A stretch of 64,000 nucleotides of DNA. It comes from Naegleria gruberi (taxonomy: Eukaryota). How positions within the stretch are numbered: position 1 is the stretch's first letter; the number at the start of each line of letters is the position of its first letter. The stretch lies in the NCBI GenBank assembly GCA_000004985.1, contig GG738893.1; one strand, written 5' to 3'. Made by a program: the position numbers and the translations under genes. Positions 42,801 to 50,385 of the stretch are shown piece by piece. The notes beneath the pieces are model-generated. The model was not told the DNA's origin. It saw only the letters and a list, made by a program, of their open reading frames with translations, and ran no database searches.

Positions 42801-43944
42801 GGCTCCACCTGCAGAAGAGGACCACTTCTTCACAGAACAAACAGAACTCGAAAGATTTGATTCAAACGTATGCTATAGATCATCTCTTCCTTCCACTTTT
42901 GATTTATTAAGAGATAATGACTCTGTTAGAAATGAAGAAATGAAGATTTTACAACAACATGATCAAACTTTACAACACAAGATTAAATCTGGAGCTCCAA
43001 CAGAACAAATTCAAGATTTATTCTCGCTAGTTGCCAGAAGTGAAAGTGAATTATTGCAAAAGGATCAAGCAGTTAAAACCTTACTTCAAACACCACTCGA
43101 CAGCAAAAACTTGTATGCCAACTTTTTACATGCTACTGTATTAGCAGCATCTAACTCACCATCTCACTTTAAGGAAACTGTACAATTCGTTGCTAGTTCT
43201 TTAATATCTTTAAAGAAGGACAATGATATTGAATTTGGTGTACAATTACTTTGCTCGATAGGTGAGGGATTGAAGGCATGTAGAATTTTACAAGATTTTG
43301 ATATGTGGGAAAAGGCAGCAAGAATTGCAAAGAGTATTCTCCCAGAACATGAGTCCATAATTGTACTCACCAAGTGGGCAGATTATTTACAGAGCAATAA
43401 CCAATTGTTGAAATCTATTGGTGTATGGATGAGTTTGGGACTATTCAAGGAAGTATTGGATCTTCTCCATAAATCAGAACTCGATGATATTGCCTCACTC
43501 TTCACAAAGGCCTATGACGAGTATTTACCTCATCTTCCACTCAATGAACTCCACAGATATTTTGTTTTGAGAGTTTCTTCACCATCCAAACTAAGTGAAC
43601 CATTGTACAGCAGTAGTAAGAGTCATGATGATTTTGAAATGACATGTAGAAAGCTCAAATACTTTGTCTACCAGCAATATGCAGTTTTCCTTGATAAGAT
43701 TGGATGTAATGAATTGGCGGATAATTACAAAGTTTTAATTGATGGAAAAGATATTGGACTAACTCTTCCACCTAATAATTTATCATCTCAATTACCACCA
43801 GAAGAAAGTAACAACTCTTTGGATTTGAACCGTCAAGAAAGTTGGGTAGTTGTTGATTCTGATAACAATCAACCACCACCAGAAGCCTCTCAAATCTCAA
43901 CTGATATACCATCTGAAGACATACCAACCTCTGCAGAAGAATAA
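39811..43944 (+). CDS. WDR11-like large WD40-repeat protein
   Basis: Continuous 1377-aa ORF. The N-terminal twin-propeller region parallels human WDR11 (ANNLLAYCCQTHVMIFD ... NIVASGDEGGCIIVWDYKKG ... LSLWNVQSNTRIWDL ... FSLDPFT). The C-terminal helical part matches too (VQLLCSIGEGLKACRILQDFDMWEKAARIAK against WDR11 VQLLCLIDKAADACRYLQTYGEWNRAAWLAK). Confidence 0.7.
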   Translation: MADNTQEGDLGFEVVDASSAAAIDDDPQQQQEPETIEEGSLMVEDSSLVESVGVSEELVSGEAIVVDSNNNNTQISSSSLLLNTESSKLDNSSLKLQKPSIQPRVIPGPPIYDPNKFPIMDGGHGGVLVTGMAASVSSSLSSGNVISSILGASKEFSSVLPFQFPFDSSSNEKFTLSNVYQDNAEKFKKFKYRSVWGANNLLAYCCQTHVMIFDPVSMQQVTSLFGHRHVTTCVEWCEMSKSRGIERGNTNIVASGDEGGCIIVWDYKKGRKLCSFAEDYGNTKKSIVQIKWLNGDNVYLLSLAANNVLSLWNVQSNTRIWDLEFPDTITGFSLDPFTLKSCCLPSESGWSYFINDINIKKKPIDIQRRLHGSIDKKTGATQTSLKDFICSPHTRDQFYVVTKKEVTTFDLAIKQTIHGKQLKGGRADFQTLYPIESEPSVFYSLHDDGTVCVWEYNGEKFEPNVCDVVRGSKHGADRPGLLYGLSISPIDHSKVAAVSADGKIWIWRVNLSHKIKTPPQEAKPVEEQVPSSKIKVNTKWMLEGLAEYTGSVISSIKVSPFDDKVAVGTISGLLLVYDLLTGNVVVKHDVFNNSPVLGIRWFGASSVLCFSSSVYEKKKDRKSNELRIVNLVSGKHTTINVNREDQHKKEESKAGGIKGIRISNSYKYLVIILQDRPIEVWRLDTLKLIRMIPFSNVTSLEWVPLSKHHPERELLYFTTTDGSLHFYKVENYKVEPDVKKPKVFVNTITALAWKNDRLVSGDVTGTITVWDLQHKKTKTIQTHRGLVKKISVSKEHNHILVLFNEGDFGIWDLDQYAKVANSPPHIKAVASDWSRGNYPVVATNSGSILVFDIQLSTCNTNVLFHTRLDHLKNPCSLKSDEAQYFRALIENNKLPFDDMVDENTIIDEPNTYRNCCGDVIDNKKVKELYEKALDHRYLLPQNMVVKLKNPSTNTAERCLIAAEYFGDKIAYQFWKLAIEFLGKFSKQNINPADIQKEAPPAEEDHFFTEQTELERFDSNVCYRSSLPSTFDLLRDNDSVRNEEMKILQQHDQTLQHKIKSGAPTEQIQDLFSLVARSESELLQKDQAVKTLLQTPLDSKNLYANFLHATVLAASNSPSHFKETVQFVASSLISLKKDNDIEFGVQLLCSIGEGLKACRILQDFDMWEKAARIAKSILPEHESIIVLTKWADYLQSNNQLLKSIGVWMSLGLFKEVLDLLHKSELDDIASLFTKAYDEYLPHLPLNELHRYFVLRVSSPSKLSEPLYSSSKSHDDFEMTCRKLKYFVYQQYAVFLDKIGCNELADNYKVLIDGKDIGLTLPPNNLSSQLPPEESNNSLDLNRQESWVVVDSDNNQPPPEASQISTDIPSEDIPTSAEE

Positions 43945-43997
43945 ATATTAAATTTTATTATTATCACTAATTGAGTAACGTAGCTACGAGGTGTCTA

Positions 43998-44092
43998 TAA
44001 GCTTACTCAACTTTAACAGTATTCCTTTCTGAAGAAAAATCTTCTCTAAAATTACTTTGTGCCAAACCAAGTTTTGTAACGGCAATAACAAA
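43998..44092. repeat. decayed copy of the 3' end (last ~90 coding nt plus start of 3' UTR) of the membrane-protein gene at 45474..46152
   Basis: ctataagcttactcaactttaacagtattcctttctgaagaaaaatcttctctaaaattactttgtgccaaaccaagttt aligns with 45464..45570 (ctataaatttattcaaccttaacagtcttgtcttcactttggaagaaaaatcttctccaaaattgctttgtgccaaaccaagttt). In the parental frame the copy carries TAA and TAG and a 5-nt length difference. Confidence 0.6.
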
Positions 44093-44247
44093 ACAATCAG
44101 TTGTAATAAATGCTATGGTCAGTCGTGCTGGTAACCACTTTTTTTGTTTTCCACACTAAAGTCACCAATAAAATATCACCTATCACATAGAGAACCAATA
44201 CCAATTTTTAAAAAAAAACTACAACAAACACAACAAACACGATCACG

Positions 44248-45357
44248 ATGGGCATCAAGAAAAAATCCACTACCAAGAAGAAATCCAATCAAACCAATAA
44301 GAGAAAGCGTGATGAAATTTCCAAGAGAGAGGCCAATCCAGCTGATGAAAACAAGATCCATGACATTCCAACTGTAAGATACATCTTTGGGAACAGAATT
44401 TGCAACAATGTAGCATTTGTGGAAGATGTTTATTGCAATTTTAAGCCATATGATGTTGCTTTGATCAGGGCTCTCTTCAAAGCTCAAGAACAAAAACACC
44501 AAACGCAAGATTTTAATGAAAGTTTGATCAATAATGTAGGGAAGGATGATGATCATGATTGTGATATTGCTTTGTTTGAGTATTATGACACCACAGACAA
44601 CAAAACTAAACTTTATCAAAATAGAAGAAAGGCAGTTAGTATTACACTTTCTCAAAAACAAAGCAATGTTTATTTTTTTTCTAAATGTGCTAATTACAGT
44701 GCTTTTACAACAAAGCCAATCAAAGCTTGCTTTGAATTTGATGATTACAGAGTTTACAAATGTAAGGAAAGCAATTCCAAGCAGGCTGGTAAATTCTCCT
44801 ACCGAACTATTTCATCTACCTTGCTTAAACCAACATGTGAATCAACTTGTGGTTGGATTTTAATGAATCCAATCAATAGATTTGAAATTATTGATGTTAT
44901 ATTTGATATTGAAATGTATAATGAATTGAAAGATATTCCAAATATTGATTTACAACAGAGAAAGATTGATGATGGAGAGAATACTGATAAACCAATCACC
45001 CTAACTGAAATTCCTATTATCAATGACAATCGATACGATAAAGACGATCACATTACCGCATGTATTGGTGATTTAACCAATGATCAATCTGTATTTGAAT
45101 CACAAGTCAACCATAACAATCAGGTTATAATGTCTATCCCTGATTCGCCTCCACAAACTACTCAACCATCTGCAAATCCTAGTCCTGCTCAGCCTTGTGA
45201 AGAACACAATAATGAGCAGTACAATTTGCTTCCTGCTTTGAGTTCCAAAAAGCCACTACTTGATGAAGTCTTACTTGATATGAAATGGTGTAGCTATGAA
45301 GAAGAGTTCCGACAAGAAGCCACTAGTTTTAATAATTACTATGATGATAGATTATGA
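44248..45357 (+). CDS. hypothetical protein with a basic (NLS-like) N-terminus
   Basis: 369-aa ORF with a true ATG. It starts KKKSTTKKKSNQTNKRKRDE. Confidence 0.45.
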   Translation: MGIKKKSTTKKKSNQTNKRKRDEISKREANPADENKIHDIPTVRYIFGNRICNNVAFVEDVYCNFKPYDVALIRALFKAQEQKHQTQDFNESLINNVGKDDDHDCDIALFEYYDTTDNKTKLYQNRRKAVSITLSQKQSNVYFFSKCANYSAFTTKPIKACFEFDDYRVYKCKESNSKQAGKFSYRTISSTLLKPTCESTCGWILMNPINRFEIIDVIFDIEMYNELKDIPNIDLQQRKIDDGENTDKPITLTEIPIINDNRYDKDDHITACIGDLTNDQSVFESQVNHNNQVIMSIPDSPPQTTQPSANPSPAQPCEEHNNEQYNLLPALSSKKPLLDEVLLDMKWCSYEEEFRQEATSFNNYYDDRL

Positions 45358-45463
45358 ATCATCTACTAAACCAATTTATTGTCCACCATTATGAAATTGA
45401 GAGTTAAGCATCTAGAGGTTGAATAAGGGGGAAGCACCAAATCAAGCACAATTTACCAACTAG

Positions 45464-45570
45464 TTCTATAAATTTATTCAACCTTAACAGTCTTGTCTTC
45501 ACTTTGGAAGAAAAATCTTCTCCAAAATTGCTTTGTGCCAAACCAAGTTTCAATAAAACCAGCAGTATTA
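45464..45570. repeat. parental copy of the ~100-bp repeat (3' terminal CDS + 3' UTR of the membrane-protein gene)
   Basis: See the partner at 43998..44092. Confidence 0.6.
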
Positions 45571-46152
45571 TTTTCATTGCTCAAGAACCATTCAAACCAA
45601 ACATGACACAAAACAACTCTCAAGAAGAGATAGAGAACCAAGCCCAATGGACACAACATTAAAGTCAAAAACACAAGAGCTGCAGTGATAATATGTGGAA
45701 TTCCTCTGGCGAGGGAATCATAATAAATCAATGTGCAAACTATTACAATTATTGAAATTCCAATATAATTAATCTCAATAAGAAAAAGCAAATTACTTAC
45801 CAATTGGATCAGTGACCAAGTAATGCACCCAACCTCCCAAAACCATCACCTTGTTTGTAAATGCCTCAGCAACAGAATCAAATGAAAAGAAATCAATTGG
45901 CTTTGGTGAAGTCATCATTGCAGTAATAATTATAGCAGAATAAACCAACGACAAGACAGCCATTACAACCTTTGATCGGAGCAAGAAATTAGTCAATCGT
46001 GTATTTGGAAGCAAAATCATTGGCAAAACAATAAGTAATGGAAATCGATTAGCAAACTTGAAAATCATACTCAAATTTTCATTACTACTCAAGTAGAGTG
46101 ATGATTGCTCAAGGAGAGCTTTATGATCAACATATTGCAATATTTGTTCCAT
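45474..46152 (-). CDS. polytopic membrane protein (hypothetical); two exons: complement(join(45474..45739, 45801..46152))
   Basis: True ATG at 46150..46152. A 61-nt GTAAGT..TAG intron in phase 1 joins …HYLVTDPI|V|CTLIYYDSLARG…. Several hydrophobic helices. Confidence 0.5.
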
Positions 46153-46503
46153 CTTTGTGGCTTTATCGGATTTTTTTTAAATTGCTAAAATTTCTTTGCT
46201 TAACTTGGCGGGAATTTAATTCTTTCTGCTCAACAACAATAATTGAATGAGATAAATTGATAGGGTGGACAAAAGTTCCATGGACATGAAATGGTTTATG
46301 TTCGGGTACGACAATGTGCACAGATAATGGCCGTTAAAATATGCGAAAAATTAAAATGTTCACCAAATTCAATATTATTGTAAAAATATTAATAATTTAA
46401 TACTATTTCATACAATATAACACAATTATTAAATTCCCACATCACCAAATTAATTCATTTCCAACCAATATCATCAATAATTATTTCAAAAAACATAAAA
46501 AAA

Positions 46504-47925
46504 ATGCAACCCATTCGCAAATCAAAAGTAGGCTCAGCCTATTCTATTGGAGACATGTCTAATTGGAAAGTTGTAACTGCTAATTCGCCTTCAATTATCA
46601 AGGAATCACCCCCAATGGAAGTTGATAAATCAATACTAGTACCTACAACAACAACAATATCGGAACAACATGATCAAAAACAACAACAGGATATTGTCTA
46701 TGACTCGAGTGATAGCTCGGATGAAGGAGTGATGGATAGTGCCGATAGTAGTACAGAGGAAAGATTTCCAAGGCCTACACGATCTCAAACAAAATCAAGA
46801 AAAAGAACAACCATGGATAAGAATACAAAACAAAATGTAAATTATAAACCACCTGCAACTGTAGTGGATGATCCAACTGCAGAGGTTAGAAAAAACAAAT
46901 TGGCCTTAATGAGATTTTCTGATATTTTCCAAAGAGAAGAGGAAGACACAAAGGATGATAAAGCCATTACAGTAGATAATGGAGATATTATTTTGGGATC
47001 TGAGGATAGTAGTGATGATGAACGTTTTACAGCTGCTCTTCAGGCTGGAATTAATCGTTCCAATCCCAATAAGAAGCAAAAACTTACAGTTGAAAAAAGT
47101 CAACAACCTTCATCATCTTCTGAAGTGAGCACTCCTAAAAATTCAGCTTCCTCTTCAACTAATTCAAGCACTTTGAAAAAGAAGGCAGCAAAACAGGACT
47201 GTGTACTGGTACCTAATTCTGCTCTCTTCAGATTTGTTTGTTCTTGCTCAACTGTAAAGGAGATTAGATACGAATTACAAGAGGATTTTGAGGATGAAAA
47301 ACATGTATCCTCCAGAAAAAAGCACAATATGAAATCATCATCAAGGAAAGGAAGATTGAGCACAGAGGAGGTTAATTTTATAAGGAAATATTACAACATG
47401 TCAAAGGATATTCGTATTGCAAAATATCATATCCCTTTAAACAAGTTCAAAAATGTGGAATCATTGGATGATGGAATTATTAGAACGTGGGAGGATTCTA
47501 ACGAAGATGAAGTCAATTTATCAAATATCAAACACTTTGTCTCTATAATTTTAGGAAGGAGTTTTGATCTCATTTCTTCACAATGGAAAAAATTTGAAAA
47601 GAAGGATGATATTTGGCACAGAAATTTTGTGATCTATCTTGAACAAATGAGATATCACTTTGAAGAAGCTCCACAAACTCCAACCCGCCATGCTGATCAT
47701 GACGAAGAAATTATTGAGATTTTCCAAAGTATTCTTTTACAAATGAAGAAATATATTGATCAAGTGAACGCTAAGAGAAGTGGAAAAGACTTTGATAAGG
47801 ATGAAATGAAAAAGATGGAAGACTTGCTGAGTGAGCATTATTACAGATTGGACGAGTACCTCCAATTTTACAATGAAGAGCTTCACGATGCATTATGGCG
47901 ATGCTCTTTAAATTTAATGAAATAG
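46504..47925 (+). CDS. hypothetical acidic, Ser-rich protein
   Basis: 473-aa ORF. The ATG follows an A-run of eight. An acidic, Ser-rich N-terminal half is followed by a globular C-terminal half. Confidence 0.45.
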   Translation: MQPIRKSKVGSAYSIGDMSNWKVVTANSPSIIKESPPMEVDKSILVPTTTTISEQHDQKQQQDIVYDSSDSSDEGVMDSADSSTEERFPRPTRSQTKSRKRTTMDKNTKQNVNYKPPATVVDDPTAEVRKNKLALMRFSDIFQREEEDTKDDKAITVDNGDIILGSEDSSDDERFTAALQAGINRSNPNKKQKLTVEKSQQPSSSSEVSTPKNSASSSTNSSTLKKKAAKQDCVLVPNSALFRFVCSCSTVKEIRYELQEDFEDEKHVSSRKKHNMKSSSRKGRLSTEEVNFIRKYYNMSKDIRIAKYHIPLNKFKNVESLDDGIIRTWEDSNEDEVNLSNIKHFVSIILGRSFDLISSQWKKFEKKDDIWHRNFVIYLEQMRYHFEEAPQTPTRHADHDEEIIEIFQSILLQMKKYIDQVNAKRSGKDFDKDEMKKMEDLLSEHYYRLDEYLQFYNEELHDALWRCSLNLMK

Positions 47926-47933
47926 AAGAGAAT

Positions 47934-49076
47934 TTATTCTTGTTGCTTTTTCTTCTTCTTTCTATAATGTTTAACAAATGATTTCTTATCCAGCACCTTA
48001 ATTTCATTCCCCTCATGTTTAAACAGGTCATTATCGAGCATATATGATGGTTTTTCTTGCTTAAATTGAGCAAGATATGTAGAAAGGTAATTGGCACGTG
48101 ACTCATAAACAGGATAATCATCAGATTCCACCAAGTGTCTTCTCTTTGAGATGACAGTAACTCTTGCTCCATCATAATCCGTACTAAATGATTTCAAAGA
48201 ATAAAATTGACAAATGGCATGTGTAAGAAAACGTCTATGACCATCAGTTAATACCAAAACCATAAAATTACCCTTCAATCTATCTACTAATTCCGATTGT
48301 TGCTCAGCTGTATTTTCTTCCTTATTTTCATTTTCTTCATCTATAACTTTTCTTTGATTAATGAATGGAATGAGAATATCTTCCATTAAGGTCACAAAAT
48401 CTACATCATACTGTCTATTGAGGGCTTCCTTTGCTTGTTGTTCAACCAATTTATGATATCTTTGATGAGCAGTGAGCGACTTGAGGGAAGGTGCCTTCTT
48501 TTCTTTCATTTGATAACCTTGTTCTTCAAATTCTCTCAAAGCTGGTTCAATTACATTTCTAAATTCACTAGTTGTCCAAATTTCTTCGTGAGGAATAACA
48601 AATAAACTCTTGTAATCCTCCTCAGTGGCATCACCATGAAATATATTTGCATCTTTCAAATCTTTTAAATGTTTTTTAACAACTTGATCTTGTTGTACTT
48701 GAAGATTCTTTTTTCTCAACTTTTTCTTCTTATCAACTGTACTGGAAAATGTCATCAAATTTGAAGAAGGTGGGAATGAATGGGCTTGTTCAATATTTTC
48801 AATTTCAATATGATGAGATGCAACCTCTGATGAAGTAACAACATTTGATGGTTGTTGTGCTGATGAATTACCTCTATTCATCCTTCTTCCACCTCTCAAT
48901 ACAGTTGAGTTACGATCAATAGTAGCATCACCACTCAAATAACTTTCGGAATCAAAGAAAATATCATCCTCCGATGTACCACTCAAGCCTGAACTAGAAT
49001 AGTCAACATTTTGGCTTGGAAGTGTAGTACCCAAGCTATTGTGTTGAATAATAATACGTTTTGGTCTTTGACTCAT
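47934..49076 (-). CDS. R3H-domain protein (likely start MSQRPKR at 49074..49076)
   Basis: The C-terminal region carries an R3H-like core (GHRRFLTHAICQFYSLKSF ... ARVTVI, with Arg and His three residues apart). The upstream 44 codons of the track ORF look non-coding and overlap the plus-strand ORF. Confidence 0.45.
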   Translation of the reverse strand: MSQRPKRIIIQHNSLGTTLPSQNVDYSSSGLSGTSEDDIFFDSESYLSGDATIDRNSTVLRGGRRMNRGNSSAQQPSNVVTSSEVASHHIEIENIEQAHSFPPSSNLMTFSSTVDKKKKLRKKNLQVQQDQVVKKHLKDLKDANIFHGDATEEDYKSLFVIPHEEIWTTSEFRNVIEPALREFEEQGYQMKEKKAPSLKSLTAHQRYHKLVEQQAKEALNRQYDVDFVTLMEDILIPFINQRKVIDEENENKEENTAEQQSELVDRLKGNFMVLVLTDGHRRFLTHAICQFYSLKSFSTDYDGARVTVISKRRHLVESDDYPVYESRANYLSTYLAQFKQEKPSYMLDNDLFKHEGNEIKVLDKKSFVKHYRKKKKKQQE

Positions 49077-49238
49077 TTTTTTTACTTCTTTTTTTAGCTT
49101 CAAATTGTAAAAGAAAATTAATCTTGAAATTGAAGTGGTGGAATACAAGACAATGTCAATGAGAAACAAGTCAAAATGAGGGTTTACACTTGTGGTGCAA
49201 CACTTCATGTGACAGGTTCTGGTTCATTTTACAAAAAA

Positions 49239-49640
49239 ATGTCTACAAGTCATTCAGTAGATCACTTTTCAATGTTGCCCTATGAAATTTTACAAATGAT
49301 TTTGGCATTTGCTGTTGATCGGAAATTGTCGGATTGCAGTGCCATACAGTCACATGTGGAGTTTGTGGCAAATTTTCAATCCTTGAGTAAGAAGATTAAT
49401 GATTTGAAGGAGATGGCGGAATGTTTCAATGAATTTTGGTGGAATTTATTTAAGAGTTTTAGTTTTGCAACTGAAAATTATTCAAACGGGAAGGAATTGG
49501 AGCAATTGAAAAGTAAATTGATAAAAAATCGAGAGCTCAGAAGGAAGATTTTACTTTTCCGATATGTTAAATACAAAACTCTATCGAATAATAATTCTCA
49601 ACAACAAATGTTAATATTACTGGTAAGGGATTTTATATAG
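49239..49640 (+). CDS. F-box-like ORF immediately upstream of, and in frame with, the Ras-like GTPase exon (relationship unresolved)
   Basis: MSTSHSVDHFSMLPYEILQMILAFAVDRKL (F-box-like). It ends at TAG 49638..49640. The next codon, 49641, opens the GTPase reading frame in the same phase. Confidence 0.35.
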   Translation: MSTSHSVDHFSMLPYEILQMILAFAVDRKLSDCSAIQSHVEFVANFQSLSKKINDLKEMAECFNEFWWNLFKSFSFATENYSNGKELEQLKSKLIKNRELRRKILLFRYVKYKTLSNNNSQQQMLILLVRDFI

Positions 49641-50318
49641 TTCAACATTTTCTTAAATGATAAAGTTCTTGGAAGTGAAAGAGTAGGAAAATCATCCATT
49701 ACAATATTCTTTGTAACAAATTTTGTAATTGATGATCATGAGTCATCGTTTGAGGATACCTATGTTAAACAATTGAAAATAGACAGACTATCGGTCAAAC
49801 TTGCAATTTTAGACACAAGTAAGTTGTTGAATATGTGAAATTTACACAATGAAATAGTTGAATCGGATTATCATTATTTGAGAGAAACACATATTCTATA
49901 TGCAGATGGTTTTGTCTTGATTTGCTCTGTGGATAACATAAAATCACTTGTGGGAATTCGAGAACAAGTTGCAAAAATTGTAAGAGTGAAAGATCTCGAA
50001 GTCAATAGCACTCCAATTGTGTTTGTAATTAACAAGATTGATTTATTACAAAATGACAATAGGAAACAAACAATCGATGAATTCAAAAAGGAAATTAATA
50101 ATATAATCAAAGAGTATGACTTGGTGAATACAAGTACAATGCTGAGCAGTGTTAAAAGTGAACCAGAGAAAATTACTTTAATATTTGAGGAATTGGTAAA
50201 AAGACAAATTCTGCAAGGTGACAATATAGAAATTCTTAAAAATGTTGTAGAGAAAGATTGGTCATACATTCAGGAATGCAACAATACATTGAATAAGAAG
50301 AAGTGCTCATTAATGTAA
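49641..50318 (+). CDS. Ras-superfamily small GTPase with a CAAX box (CSLM) and a divergent switch II; join(49641..49818, 49858..50318); initiator codon not identified
   Basis: G1 is KVLGSERVGKSS. Switch I is SFEDTYVKQ. Then LAILDT | IESDYHYLRETHILYADGFVLICSVDNIKS (a 39-nt GTAAGT..TAG intron), NKID (G4) and a C-terminal CSLM. DTIESD replaces the canonical DTAGQE. Confidence 0.6.
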
Positions 50319-50385
50319 TTGACTTGTGAATTTGTCATTTGGAAATTTAAGGATGATGTGAACAGGAAAATTATTTAAAGTTAAT

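Noticed and set aside
49625-49667. Putative 43-nt intron (GTAAGG…gataaAG) joining ATG-TTA-ATA-TTA-CTG (MLILL) to the GTPase G1 motif
   Set aside because: Attractive because MLILL+GSERVGKSS would be a textbook Ras N-terminus. But the acceptor leaves the downstream exon one nucleotide out of frame (giving F-L-E-V-K-E-stop), and no alternative AG fixes the phase.
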